Shown: piece after piece, positions 38,293-50,935 of the stretch
How the letters are laid out: the number at the start of each line of letters is the position of its first letter
Position numbering within the stretch: the stretch's first letter is position 1
From: Hydrolagus colliei
Taxonomy: Eukaryota
Length of the DNA: 64,000 bases
NCBI GenBank assembly: GCA_035084275.1
Contig: CM068742.1
Coordinates: 154,504,001 to 154,568,000, forward strand
Reading direction: 5' to 3'
Made by a program: the position numbers and the translations under genes
The notes under the pieces: model-generated
The model's input: only the letters and a program-made list of their open reading frames with translations
What the model was told of the DNA's origin: nothing
Database searches by the model: none

Positions 38293-38389
38293 CTGTACGA
38301 AGAGATCCGGAAGATTCTGGAACAGTGCAACATTCAAAAGGACTTGGATTTCTACATAGACTTGAAGAGGACTGGTGACACACTCCCAG
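38293..38389 (+). CDS. PSTPIP2: PSTPIP2 exon 11 (LYEEIRKILEQCNIQKDLDFYIDLKRTGDTLP)
   Basis: ctcAG/GTACC, 97 nt. Motif YE..RK.LE.C.IQ.D...F......TG..P. Confidence 0.95.
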
Positions 38390-39004
38390 GTACCCGTCCC
38401 CTCTCCCCGCTCCCCTCTCAGCAACAACAGCTCGGGTTTATATAGGGCCCTCCCTCACTCCACTCTGGACGCCGTCTCAGAGCGCTTCCCGATAACGGAT
38501 CCCGAGCCAGGGGGGAGGGGGAAGAAGGTGACCAAAGGTGCGGTCGAAAAAAATGTCGTTATCTGAGACCTGAAAGTAGGAAGACAAGAGTGGGCGAAGA
38601 GAAGGGAGCGAGAGGGAGTTCCAGAACCTCGGGGCCTAGTGGCTGAAGGCACGGCCGCTGATGGTGGAGAGGAATGACTCGGGGGACAAGGAGGAGGCCA
38701 GAGGAGGGAGAGCGAAGGCAATGGGTACTGTTGTGAGGAGAGCAGTCAGAGAAGTGGTGATGGGGGACGGGGGTGGGGGTGTAAGGCAGTAGGAGAGGTA
38801 GGGAGAGCATGCAATGATTTGTAAACGAGTGTGAGGATCTTGAAGTCCATCCATTCTGTGATAAGGGAGCCAGTGGAGCCTGGTGAGGGCCGGGGTGATT
38901 GAGATACAGAATTTAGTGTGGGTGAGAATGGGGGGCAAGAGGTTTTCTGAAATTCCAACAACCACTGAACTCGCATGAGAGTGATTATGTGTGAGAGTGT
39001 GGAG

Positions 39005-39315
39005 ATCCTGTAGCTCAGTGGTTAGAGCACTCACCTTACAAGCGTGAGACTTTATTTTCGAATCCAGGCAGATCAGGGCAAAATCTTAGGCAAGTTTCCT
39101 TACGTAATAATAATCCATAAAAAAAAACACACAATAATAAAAACTGATCATTTCAACCCACGGCTGTTTGTGGGGACACTGCTTTGCGCAATTGGCTGTC
39201 GCGTTTCGCCCACAAATATACAGTCACTTCACTTTACAGTATATTCTGTGAAGCGTTTTGAGACGTCGATAAGATGTGAAAAGCACGATCTCAAATGCAA
39301 GGATTATTATTATTT
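39005..39315 (+). mobile_element. tRNA-derived Deu-domain SINE
   Basis: Full copy. Confidence 0.9.
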
Positions 39316-39411
39316 TTTGGGGTGGGATACTGACAGTGTTGAGGGTTGGGTAGGGTGTGAGGACGGATTTTAATATATAGAATATTAACACAAATACCAT
39401 TTCTTTCTCAG

Positions 39412-39490
39412 CTATTATCCCTTATGAGAATTACTACAATGGGCAGAGGGGGATAAGTGGACCCCGGAATTCAAATTCCAGCAACACAAG
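39412..39490 (+). CDS. PSTPIP2: PSTPIP2 exon 12 (AIIPYENYYNGQRGISGPRNSNSSNTR)
   Basis: ttctttctcAG/GTAAT, 79 nt. YENYY motif, phase 1 to 2. Confidence 0.9.
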
Positions 39491-39889
39491 GTAATGGGGG
39501 GTGAGGGTTGGGGGGGAGAGGGGGTGGAGGGGGAGCTGCTGTGCGCAATTGGCTGCCGCGTTTCACCCACAAATATACAGTCACTTCACTTTACAGTGTG
39601 TTCTGTGAAGCGCTTTGAGACGTCGATAAGATGTGAAAAGCGCTATATCAAATGCAAGGATTATCATTATTATACTATCTCTACCATTGTTGGGGGGGGC
39701 TGGGGTGGGAGGGGTGGGGAGGGGGGGGGTGTGAGTGGGGGGAGGGTTGGAGGAGAAATCGAGGAGAAATTGCCACAGTTTTCGAGGTGAAGTCCTTCGG
39801 ATGGACTCCTGGTCTCGCTACATCTTTCACTGGGCGATTACGTTTGAAGCCTTGAAATGGCTTGACGTTAGAAATGCAAGGATTATTAT

Positions 39890-40505
39890 TATTATATTGG
39901 TTTACAAATCGCCTAGATGGTTGCTGCAACTGTATAGGGCCCTGGTGAGACCGCACCTAGAGTATTGTGTGCAGTTTTGGTCTCCTTATTTAATAAAGGA
40001 CATACTTGCCTTAGAGGGGGGGCAGCGTAGATTCACTAGGTTAGTTCCTGGGATGAGGGGACTGACCTATGAGGATAGGTTGAATAAACTAGGGCTGTAT
40101 TCTCTAGAGTACAGAAGATTTAGGGGGATCTTCTTGAAACATATAAGATTCTTAAAGGGCTAGATAAAGTAGGCACTGAGGGACTGTTTCCCCTGGTAGG
40201 AGAATCTATAACCAGGGGTCACAGTCTTAAAATTAAGGGTCAGCCTTTTAGAACAGAGTTGAGGAAACATTTCTTCACTCAGAGGGTAGTGAATTTATGG
40301 AATTCACTCCCCCAGAAGGCTGTAGATGCTCAGTCCTTGAACATTTTCAAGGCTGAGACTGAAAGATTTTTTTTAAATAGAGGGATTAGGGGATATGGGG
40401 ATAGGGCAAGTAATCAGAGTTAGGTCAGAAGATCAGCCATGATCTTATTGAATGGCGGGGCAGGCTCGAAGGGCCGAATGGCCTACTCCTGTTCCTAATT
40501 CTTAT
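39890..40505 (+). mobile_element. CR1 3' fragment, second subfamily (copy also at ~17015-17345, minus strand)
   Basis: LYRALVRPHLEYCVQFWSP frame and GAATGGCCTACTCCTG tail. Confidence 0.9.
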
Positions 40506-40654
40506 GGTTTTGTGGTCTTATGGTGTAGAGGTAGGGGCGACGGGAGTCAGCAGGTCTCAGGTCTCATAAACCCCCTCACTCCTCCTCCTAACACTTTGAG
40601 GTCATCCCACACTGTTTTGGGTGATATCTTTATTATTATTATTATATTATTATT

Positions 40655-41300
40655 ATCTTTACCGTGTTCAACTGACCATATATTTATAAATAGGGCTATA
40701 GAATACAAAAGTCAGGAAGTGCTGATTAACCTCTATAAGACTTTGGTTAGGCCTCAGCTACAGTACTGTGCACAATTCTGGCCACCACACTTTAGGAAGT
40801 ATATTAAGGCATTGGAAAGGGAGCAGAGGAGATTTACTAGGATAGTACCAGGAATGAGGGACTTCAGCTACGAGGAAAGGCTAGAGAGGTTAGGCTTATT
40901 CTCATTGGAACAGAGATAGTTATGAGGAGACCTGATAGAGGTTTGTAAGATCATAAGGGGATTCGACAGAGTAAACAAAGAAAATCTGTTTCCACTCGTG
41001 GGCGTAGCAGTGACTCGTGGTCACAGATTTAAAATAGTTTCTATAAGAAGCAGAGGGGAGCTGAGGAGAAATGTTTTCACTCAGTGGGTTGTTGGAATCT
41101 GGAATGCATTGCCTGAAAAGGTGGTGTATTCAATAACAACTTTTAAAAGAGAGGTAGACATTTATTTGGGGAAGACGGGTTGTGAGGTTATGGGGAGAGA
41201 GCTGGGGAGTGGGATTAAATTGCTCTTTTTAAAGAGCCGGCACAGACTCGATGGGCAGAATGGCCTCCTTTTATGCTATAAGACGCTATGATTCTATGAC
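40655..41300 (+). mobile_element. CR1 3' fragment, same subfamily as 21920-23045
   Basis: INRAIEYKSQEV..LYKTLVRPQL frame and TATGATTCTATGA tail. Confidence 0.9.
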
Positions 41301-41588
41301 CACAGCCCCACCCAGTGGCTGATTAGCTGCCTTGCCCACCAATCACAGCCCCTCATTCCTTACTGACCTCACCCCCATCCCACCCAATCCAGAGGCTGAG
41401 GGTTGGAGCCAAATCTTGACCTTGCCCCTCTACTCCAACTCATCAACTCACCAATCCTGTGATCCTGGATCTGCTGACAAGTCTCCACTGATTTGCGTGG
41501 TCTCTGGGCAAGGGCTGACTTTGTGAATTAAAGTTAAATGTGTAGATTAATGTTTTTCTAAACGACTCCTGGCTTCCTTATGTTACAG

Positions 41589-41620
41589 ACGGACCCCCCT
41601 GCCAATCCCGCAGGACGCAT
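41589..41620 (+). CDS. PSTPIP2: PSTPIP2 exon 13 (RTPLPIPQDA)
   Basis: gttacAG/GTGAGT, 32 nt. Human equivalent is RRGPLPIP. Phase 2 to 1. Confidence 0.88.
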
Positions 41621-41630
41621 GTGAGTCAAC

Positions 41631-41920
41631 ACACGCCAACACACGCCAGCACACGCCAACACATGCCAGCACACGCCAGCACACGCCAACACACGCCAAC
41701 ACACGCCAGCACACGCCAACACACGCCAACACACGCCAGCACACGCCAGCACACGCCAACACACGCCAACACACGCCAGCACACGCCAACACACGCCAGC
41801 ACACGCCAGCACACGCCAACACACGCCAACACACGCCAGCACACGCCAGCACACGCCAACACACGCCAACACACGCCAGCACACGCCAACACACGCCAGC
41901 ACACGCCAGCACACGCCAAC
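41631..41920 (+). repeat. 10-bp minisatellite, 29 units ACACGCCA(A/G)C
   Basis: Direct count. Begins 10 nt into the intron after exon 13. Confidence 0.98.
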
Positions 41921-42164
41921 ACACACTAGAACACTGAGCTATGGAGCTTCTGTAGTTCAGTGGTTAGAGCACTTGCCTTACAAGCGTGAGACCTGTGTTT
42001 GAATCCAGGCAGGTCAGGTCGAAACCTTGGGCAAGTTTCCTTACTCTATATACACACACGCAATTGTTTCGCCCACAAAAAAGATAGTCATTTCACTTTA
42101 CGGTATATCCTGTGAAGCGCTTTGAGACGTCTAGTAGATGTGAAAAGCGCTGTAATAAAAGCAA

Positions 42165-42306
42165 NNNNNNNNNNNNNNNNNNNNNNNNNNNNNNNNNNNN
42201 NNNNNNNNNNNNNNNNNNNNNNNNNNNNNNNNNNNNNNNNNNNNNNNNNNNNNNNNNNNNNNNNNNNNNNNNNNNNNNNNNNNNNNNNNNNNNNNNNNNN
42301 NNNNNN
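42165..42306. other. Assembly gap (142 N) in PSTPIP2 intron 13
   Basis: Run of N. Confidence 0.99.
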
Positions 42307-42333
42307 CTCACTTTTGTCTTGTCCACCTTCCAG

Positions 42334-42392
42334 ATGACGAGTCACAATATGCCACTATTGGAGACACCAACTACAGTTTATTGCAGCACTAA
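42334..42392 (+). CDS. PSTPIP2: PSTPIP2 exon 14, last coding exon (YDESQYATIGDTNYSLLQH*)
   Basis: ccttccAG acceptor, in-frame TAA. The C-terminal Y-x(7-9)-YSLL pattern and absence of an SH3 domain favour PSTPIP2 over PSTPIP1. Confidence 0.9.
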
Positions 42393-42729
42393 TAAGTGTA
42401 AGTGTCTTGTGTGTGTGCTCTGCCTCAGTTTCTCCCCCTTCCCCCGGTTCGATTCCCGGCAGGTCAGGGTGAAACCTTGGGCCAGTTTCCCTACCCCACA
42501 CGCCGGTTAATAATCTCTAAAAACAAAAAAGAAAATCTGTGATTTCAAACTGAAAAATTGGCTGCTGCCTTTTGCCCACAGATAGTCAATCCATTTTATA
42601 GTGTATTCTGTGAAGCACTTTGAGACATCTAGAAGATGTGATCAGGTGCCATACAAAATGAGGAGCTTTGAGGTGTTATGGACGTAAGGCTCGATATCAA
42701 ATGCAAGGGTTATTATTAAGGTTATGAAG

Positions 42730-43045
42730 TTCTGTGGCTCAGTGGTTAGAGCGCTCGCCTTACAAACGTGAGACCTGTGTTTCGAATCCAGGCAGGTCAG
42801 GTACTGACCAAACTTGGGAAAGTTTCCTTACTCCACACACACACACACCTGATAATAATCCCTAGAAAGAAAAAATAAATAAAATTGGTCATTTTCGACC
42901 CACGACTGTTTGTGGGGACGCTGCTGTGCGCAATTTGCTGCCTAAATATACAGTCACTTCACTTTACAGTGTCTTCTGTGGAGCGCTTTGAGACGTCGAT
43001 AAGATGTGAAAAGCTCTGTATCAAATGCAATGATCATTATTATTG
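42730..43045 (+). mobile_element. tRNA-derived Deu-domain SINE
   Basis: Full copy. Confidence 0.88.
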
Positions 43046-43171
43046 TTATTGTATGCAAACTCGGGATGTTTCCTCGCTCCCCCCGATGTGGTTTCCAGGG
43101 CTCCTGTGTGGTTCCTTTCGCACACGCCATGTTTCGCGTCAGTCAGAATTCCTCGGTCAGAATTGAAATGA

Positions 43172-43174
<3 letters not shown>

Positions 43175-43225
<51 letters not shown>
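43175..43225 (+). repeat. (TC)n microsatellite
   Basis: Direct reading. Precedes a candidate splice acceptor at 43236. Confidence 0.95.
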
Positions 43226-43228
<3 letters not shown>

Positions 43229-43500
43229 ACCTTCAGGTGCGAGTTGAGAACAAACGCGACCTGACGCTGGTCAGAGCGGTCGATCGCCTGGCAACAAAAC
43301 GGGAAAATTCCACCTGAATTGAACACCAGAGACTCAAACCCCCTCATCCCCGGCTCCAGGTCCCCCCCGTCCTCCTGCCTGTCACTACCCCCGGCTGGTG
43401 CCTAGTCCAGGCTGGGCCTCTGCCGTCTTCTCTAGGAGGGTTGACAGGGTCCCACCAAATCCCTTGGGAACTCATAGCAATTTCCTCAGCTGAGACCCGC

Positions 43501-43604
43501 GGCCACTAGGTGGCGCTGATTAGCTGATTAAAATGGTCCTGCAGCGCCCCCACCAGGCAGAACATGGAGCAGGCCCTGAGTGTTACTGCAGCGCCAACAG
43601 CAGG
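43501..43604. promoter_or_regulatory. CTCF-motif cluster (putative insulator)
   Basis: CCACTAGGTGGCGC at 43503-43516 matches CCASYAGRKGGCRS at 14/14. Two reverse-strand 11/14 matches lie at 43544-43557 and 43591-43604. Confidence 0.55.
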
Positions 43605-46552
43605 CTAAACTGGGAATAGCATTGCACTCATCCAGCGAGTTGTGTCTTGGACTTTCCTTGCAGTTTCTCTGACCCTAAAAGGCGCTGTTTGGATGTAAGT
43701 TTGTATTGCAAATCTTTGCGAATGATATCGCGCCTTATTGTGTCATTGAGATTTCCCCAAATCGCTTCACAGGTCACACTACAAAGTGTGTGGGTGTTTG
43801 GCTGGGAAAGTATTTGGCGGATGAATATATATTTTGTATTGTATTGTAAATAGTGTTGTATTTCACGTTCCGTTTTAGAACTCGTCTTCTATTCTCCACT
43901 GTAACACTGTAATGTGCAAATTCTGAGTTTGTGTGTTTTTGTTACCGACTATTTAAACACCCTTCTCTCCAATCATCCCGGCTTCACCATCCACAAATGT
44001 CAGCTCACCCCAAACTCCGCCACCTACACTAAACTCCATATGCCCATCACACTAGTACTAGCCATGCATACTAGAGGCATACAATCCAGGCAGGTCAGGG
44101 CGAAACCTTGGGCAAGTTTCATTACTCCACACGCCTAATAATAATCCCTCCAAAAAACACACAATAAATAATTGTTCATTTTCAATCCACGATTGTTTGT
44201 GGATTGAAAATGTTTGTGGGACGCTGCTGTGCACAATTGGCTGCCGCGTTTCGCCCACAAATATACAGTCACTTCACTTTACAGTTATTCTGTGAAGCGC
44301 TTTGAGACACAGTCTTGAAGATGTGAAAAGCACTATATCAAAAATTCAAGGATTATTATTATTATTAGACTGGCTCTCTATCGCAAAAGAAACTGTTTCA
44401 AAATCCCTACACTCGCTCTGGCCGGCTCCACATCCCCCGACCCCCCCCCCCCCCCCACCATTGGCCTTCAGCCACTCTGCCCCCAACCTCCGGAACTCCA
44501 TCTCGCAGTCCTTCCCCCCTCGCCCCCTCCCTGGCCTCCTTCAAGTCTTGCCTGAAGACTCTCCGCTGGACCCAACAGCAACTCCTAATCCCCCCCTTCC
44601 CTCCCCCCCAACTACAGTCCACAGCTCGGGTCTGAAGCAGTGACTGTGCAGCGCCTTGGGACGTCCTGACATGAAAGGCGCTGTACAAGTGTCATTTTGT
44701 TGTTGTTAATCTTTCATTATTGATACCTGAAAAATTTGAAAGTGTCTCCAACGTCCTTCTTAACGCCCTGTTGCTACTATGAATGAAAACTACTAATGAT
44801 GTGGCATAGATTGTGTCAACACTTTTTGGCAAACCTCAGAACTATGCGTGCTTGTCACTTTGTTTATTCCATCATGAGAAACAAATGGGTTCACCTTACA
44901 GTAACAACAACCATATAATTACACTTGCACATCAGGAGGTTGACCCAAAGCAAGGGACAGTCAAGGAATTGGAACTGAGCAGGCTGGTGGGATAAGGAGG
45001 TTGGGAGGGTAGTGGGTAGTGGTGGTAACTACAGGTGCGGCTGAAAAAGAAGGTATTGAGATGGACTTTGAAGGAAGCGAGGGTGAAGGAGTTGTGGGAT
45101 GAAGTTTCAAAAGCTGGGGCAGAAAGTCTGAAGGTCTGACCATTGATGGTGGGGTGGGATATGGAGCAGGCCGGACGGCGCTGTGTGAACTCTGGTGAGG
45201 TGTCCGATCCATCCGCCCAGACCTCTGAGGATGTCTCAAAGCGAGAACAGGATTTATTGTAAAGTGTGTTTTGTGGGTGAATGAGGCAGAGCAATGTTCC
45301 CACAAACAGCCATGGAGTGAGTGACCAATATATCCACCAGTGATTGTCGGGCCGGGACACCGGGAGAGAGAAACTCTTTTTCTCTTCCTGCAGATATTGA
45401 CTGAGAGAAGGTCCGTCTGAATGACGTCAGCTCAAATAATGCAGCACCTGGTGTCCTGTAGCTCAGTGGTTAGAGCGCTTGCTTTAACAAGCATGAGACC
45501 TCGAATCCAGGCAGGTCAGGACGAAACCTTGGGCCACACGCCCAATTATAATCCCTCAAAAAAAATTGGTCATTTGAATCCATGACTGCTTTGGGACACT
45601 GCTGTGTGCAATTGGCTGCTGCGTTTCACCCCCAAATATACAGTATATTATGTGAAGCGATTTGAGACATCTAGAAAAGGGTAAAAGGCTATATCAATTA
45701 TTATTATTATCATCATCACTACCCAGCACTTGGCTGGTGTGTCAGTCCAGAGTCCAGTCTGTATGAGTTCAAATTCCTGATGTGGAGCTTGAACACCACA
45801 GCCTCAGGATTGATGGCGACTTTCACACTTTGGAATAATCCTCAATTCGTCTCTTATTTGAAAAATGTTTTCTTTTTAAGGAATGCTTCTGTAAAAACAG
45901 CTTCCAAAAACATGAAATTAAGAATTTTTCACAATTCTCCAGATCTTAAAACTTTATAAGACAGAAAGGTCTCAGACTGCGATGCGCACACATTTTGTGA
46001 CAAGTGTGTTTTCGAAGATTGAATCTTGTCCATGCTACAAGCAAACAATGTAATAAAGTTACTGCCCCCGTCTGTTTAATGTGGATGTGGCTTTTTTGAG
46101 AGTGAATAAAATTTGGAAAAATATTCAGGTAATTTTCTTTGTTACTGTTCTTAACCTTCGCTGCTCGAAAGAGAATAGCTTCTCTTGATAACTGAAGTCC
46201 ATCATTCCTGCTACCATCCTGATAAATCTCCTTTGCACCCTCTAATACCTTCACATTGTTCCTGTGGTGGCCAGAATTGAAGAGAATACTCCAGCTGAGA
46301 CCTATCTAGTGCTTTGTAAATATTCATCATAACTTCTTGACTTTTGTCTTCTATGCACCTTAAAATGATCTGCCAATCGACTAACTGTGTTGGCGTGTTC
46401 TGATACTTACTGCCAGGTAAACAGAAGCGTGTGGAGTGAGGAAACTTACCTAGGTTTCATCTCACCCAGGAATCAAACCCAGGTCCTCTCGCTTGCAAGG
46501 CGAGTGCTCTAACCACTACGCCGCAGGACTTCACATCACATGAACAATATTA

Positions 46553-46720
46553 GGGGACAAAAATTAGTCTAAAAATTAGAGAAAGAATTATGTAAAGTAT
46601 TCAAAAAGCCACAGTTTGGCTGTGGTAATTGCAGATAAAATAATGGAAGGAAATTGAGTATTTTGTAAGAGAATTTGTACAGAAACACTTGTCATGGAAT
46701 TAACAGTCACTTCCTGTATT
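46553..46720. promoter_or_regulatory. Duplicated non-coding block A with ETS core (paralog at 53110-53280)
   Basis: Both copies share GGGACAAAAATT...GTCATGGAATTAACAG(TG)TCACTTCCTGTATT. Confidence 0.5.
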
Positions 46721-46814
46721 GGTCAATGGAAGAGACATTTTTTCTGATTTGGTTATTGTAATATTTGATAATACATAACACAATACTCCCGAGTCATGCG
46801 CACATAGCTCCTTT

Positions 46815-47140
46815 AATAACAATAATAATCCTTTGATTTTTTACAGCGCCTTATCACGTCTTCTAGGCGTCTCAAAGTGCTTCACAAGATATACTATAAA
46901 GTGTAGTGACTGTATATTTGTGGGTGAAATGCGACAGCCAGTTGCGCACAGCAGCGTCCCCACAAACAGCTGTGGGTTGAAATGACCAATTTTACTATTG
47001 TGTTTTTTTTAGTTACTTTTGTTAGGCGTGTGTGTGGAGTAAATAAATTTACTCAAGGTTTTGCCCTGATCTGCTAGTATTAGAACACAGGTCTCACGCT
47101 TGTAAGGCTAGTGCTCTAACCACTGAGGTACAGGACTCCA
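46815..47140 (-). mobile_element. tRNA-derived Deu-domain SINE
   Basis: Full copy. Confidence 0.88.
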
Positions 47141-48804
47141 CAACTATAATTTTATACAATGTTACAAATATACTCCATCATATAACATTGTATAATTTTA
47201 TATAATGTTATATGATGGAGAACAGGTGGTGGAGGAGAATGGTGTGATCGACTAGGTCGAACGTGACGGAGAGTTTCAGGAAGATGTGGAGGCAAATGTC
47301 TTAGAAATTAAGCTTGAGAGGGTATAACTGACTAATGAAGTTTAACACAGATAAACACAAGGTAAGATGCAAAACTACGAAACACAATTCTCTAAATGAG
47401 ATAGAACATGCTCTGGGGGAAGACATCCAGAGTTGTTGTTTGATTCCTCGCTCACTATGTCGAAACAGCGATTAGGCAAATGGCATGCTATGCTACATTG
47501 CTCAATCGGTTAAGTTTAGATCACCAGATATGTCCTACAGTACTGTGGGAAGACCATACCTAGTTTACTGCAAACAGTTCTGGTCACTGCAACGGGCCAT
47601 AGAGACAGTGAAGAGGGGAGCAATGAGAATCATCCCAGTTGTAGAGGAGTGAACCATGAGCATCCATTACACAAGCCCAGGTACCTGAGTCTTGAAAGAA
47701 CAAAGGGCCACAAAGGGATTTAAAAAGTGAACACTGATCAACAGATTATGATGCAACAAGTCAGTAGAACATGAGGGCGTGGGTTTACAATCGCAATGGA
47801 CAATGTCCTGACAAACACCAGGAAGTTTTTCTTTATTAAAGGGTAATTATCATCTGGGACATGTTGCCACAAAAGGTGGCTAATGCCAGCCAGGCAGGAC
47901 TCATTTCAAAATGTCATCTTGATGCTGTGATAGGGTGATAGGAGGGTGGACATTCTGGACAGATGAGATTGGATGGGCCAAAGGGCGTTCTTTATCCGGC
48001 ACTGAGCTTGTGACCAGAGTAGGATCAATGTGGCTGAGAGCTGCCCATTGATGGTGGATGTGGAGGTCAGATAGTAGGTCAGAGGTGCAGTCTGCAAGCC
48101 TCTGAGTAGAGTGAGTAAATGGGGAGCACACGAGTTGAGGAGGCACTTCAAGATATTTAAAGGTTATATTTGGTGCTCTGCTCACTAGACTGCCTTGCAA
48201 ACTATCCACAACTCACACTCGGAACCTAAACAAGTTACAGACTAACTAAAACAGTCAAGCACTTTGGGACATGCCTTTAAACGTAAATTATATTGACATA
48301 GTGATATATACAAAAACAACCAAAATTACACTTAAAGAACCTTTCACATTAGGAATACATCCCAAGGCATGGAACAGTCAGGGGCTGGGAACCGAGCATG
48401 GGGGAGGGGTGGGGAGAGGGTAGGGAGAGATATGGGAGTATGGCAGAAGGCACGATCGAAAAGGATAGTCTTGTGACCCGCCTTGTAGAGGTAAGGGAGG
48501 AAGCGAGGTGAAGGGACTGTGGGATGGAATTCCAGAGTGTGGGGCAGTGAGGTTGAAAGCCCGACCACCAATGGTGGGGTGGGTTGGGAGGGAGACATGG
48601 AACAGACAGGAGCCTGCTGAATGAAAGGGGCGGGCAGCTTGATAGGGAGTCAGCAGGGCATGGAGGTAGGAAAGGACAAGGACATGGAGCCGGGCGAGGG
48701 TGGCAGTGATGGGGTCATGGAGCTTGATGCAGGAGAGGACATGAGCTGAATAATTTTGGATGGTACACCACCATTGGCAGTTGGGCCTTCAGCCTCTATG
48801 TAAT

Positions 48805-49140
48805 AATAATAATAATAATCCTTGCATTTGATATAGCACTTTTCACATATTATTGACGTCTCAAAAAGCTTCACAGAATAGACTGTAAAGTGAATTGACT
48901 GTATATTTGTGCAAATCGCAGCAGCCAATTGCACCACACAAGCAGTCATTTTTGATTGAAATGACCAATTTTATTATTGTGTTTTTTTTGGACGGATTAT
49001 TATTATTAGACGTGTGTGTATGTGTGTGTGTGTGTGTGTTTGTGGAGTAAGGAAACTTGCCTAAGGTTTTGTCCTGATTTGCCTGGATTCGAAAACAGGT
49101 CTTACGCTTGTAAGACGAGCGCTCTAACCACTGAGCTACA
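48805..49140 (-). mobile_element. tRNA-derived Deu-domain SINE
   Basis: Full copy. Confidence 0.88.
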
Positions 49141-49559
49141 CTGACTGTACCCACCGTTTGGAACTCCATCCTACAGCCCCTTGGTTTCTCTCCCCCTCTT
49201 GCCTCCTCCAGGGCGTGTCTCAGGAGCCTCCTCTCTGCCTTTGCTACAGGTCATCCTCCTACACCTACCCTCTTGCCCTCCAGCCCTCTGGATCCCAACA
49301 CACTTATATCCAAATTCCTAATGGACCAGGGTCCTTGGGATTTCCTCCCAATATAACAGGTGTACAGTTAAACAAATGTAATTTGTTGATATAGACGGAA
49401 TGTGACATATAAAAGTAACCCAGTTAGAGTAACATGGGTTACGTTAACTGGTAACCCATTTAGGCGAAGGGTTAGCATTGGGGAGAAAGCTTAGAGGATC
49501 AGATCAATGTGGATGTTTGTGGAGGAGAAAAGTACAGAGTATCTGACTTTACTTGGGTG

Positions 49560-49680
49560 GAGGTGAGAGGTGGAGCTCTGGTACTGACCACAGATCGAGG
49601 GAAGGAAAGAGAAGGGTGACCAGCTGTGTCAGTGCGAAGCAGACGTGTGAGGGGAAGGAGTGTGTCCTGAATGAGGGAAG
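49560..49680 (+). promoter_or_regulatory. Paralogous proximal promoter of unit A (copies at ~55430-55560 and ~63755-63868)
   Basis: Shared blocks such as CAGCTGTGTCAGTGCG and GTGAGGGGAAG. Purine-rich ETS/PU.1-like GGGGAAG, no TATA box. Confidence 0.55.
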
Positions 49681-49732
49681 ATGATGCTGGGAGCTGTGCT
49701 CTGTACCCTGGTCCTGTCAGCCTCTGCTACAC
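49681..49732 (+). CDS. SIGLEC15-like unit A leader exon (MMLGAVLCTLVLSASAT), intact
   Basis: 52-nt hydrophobic signal-peptide exon with GTACGT donor, phase 1. Near-identical to 55561-55612. Confidence 0.8.
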
Positions 49733-50619
49733 GTACGTGCTTTCCAATCAGAAACCTGTCTTGCTATAATTACTGCTTTACCTTTCATTGGAATTATAGA
49801 GTTATTTCATATCTCGCAGAAATATGATAATCGTTTGTGTCTGTGCTGGGGCTTGCTCCTCTTGGGAGCTCTCTACTCTAAAACTGTTTCTTGCTCTCTC
49901 CGCATTGTGTCTGTAGACAGTCAGTAACAGCTGGATCTCTTTGTTTCGCTCATCTTAACCCAATATGCCAAAACCCTAACACCTGAGGTCCTAGCTGACA
50001 ACAAACTGGAAAATCTTGCCTGAAAATGTTCTCTGTGGATCGTTACGCGGTTATAATCAGTTAAACATTTACCCCCAAGTCATATTCTGCATTCACCAAT
50101 CCTTTGCTCTTGCCAACCCCCCAACCTGATATAATGTGTGATTTGGTGAACAGGATGTCCCTCTGAGGAGAGAGTGCACATTCCATTCCAGACATACAGA
50201 AATTTCCATCTTCGCATGGAATTCTCAGTTTGGTGAAATGTTTTGTTTCTTCTATGAATCACGCAGCTGACCACAAACGGGGCTGGCGTTTTACTCTACA
50301 CAAACCTCTTAGTCTATCACCTCTGTCCCACTCACTCCCACTCCCCAGATACCCCTTAATGTTCGTTCTCTTCAAACATCTATCGAATTGCTTTTTATAG
50401 AATTGATAAGACTTTGCCTTAACTCTGGTTTGTGGCAAGCAATTGCGCAATCCCTCTGTGTAAAGACGGTTTTGTGAGTTTTAAATTTGTTCCTCTTGTA
50501 ACTTACTTGCCAATTAGTGAAAAAATCGACTTCAAGTCCCATCTATAGACCTCCCTCTTTAATTGTGGCAACATCCCCCCCCCGCCCACTCTCTGTTAGT
50601 CCTTGGTAATAATATTAAC

Positions 50620-50935
50620 AATAATAATAATCCTTACATTTGATATAGCGCTTTTCATATCTTATCGACGTCTCAAAGCGCTTCACAGAATATACTGTAA
50701 AGTGAATTGACTGTATATTTGTGAGCGAAACGCGGCAGCCAATTGTGCACAACAGTGTCCCCACAAACAGTGGATTGAAATGACCAATTTTATTATTGTG
50801 GTTTTTTTGGACGGTTTATTATTAGGTGTGTGGAGTAAGGAAACTTACCCAAGATTTCGCCATGACCTACCTGGATGCGAACACTGGTCTCACGCTTGTA
50901 AGGCGAGCGCTCTAACCACTGTGCTCCAGGAGCTC
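50620..50935 (-). mobile_element. tRNA-derived Deu-domain SINE
   Basis: Full copy ending a few bases before the unit A V-exon acceptor region. Confidence 0.88.

Noticed and set aside
41558-41929. ORFs of CWRVLA / HTPTHA repeats on both strands
   Set aside because: These are translations of the 10-bp minisatellite, not genes.
42400-49600. EPG5 exons expected from human synteny
   Set aside because: No recognisable coding exons; the interval is mostly SINE, CR1 and L2 remnants. Small exons cannot be fully excluded by eye.
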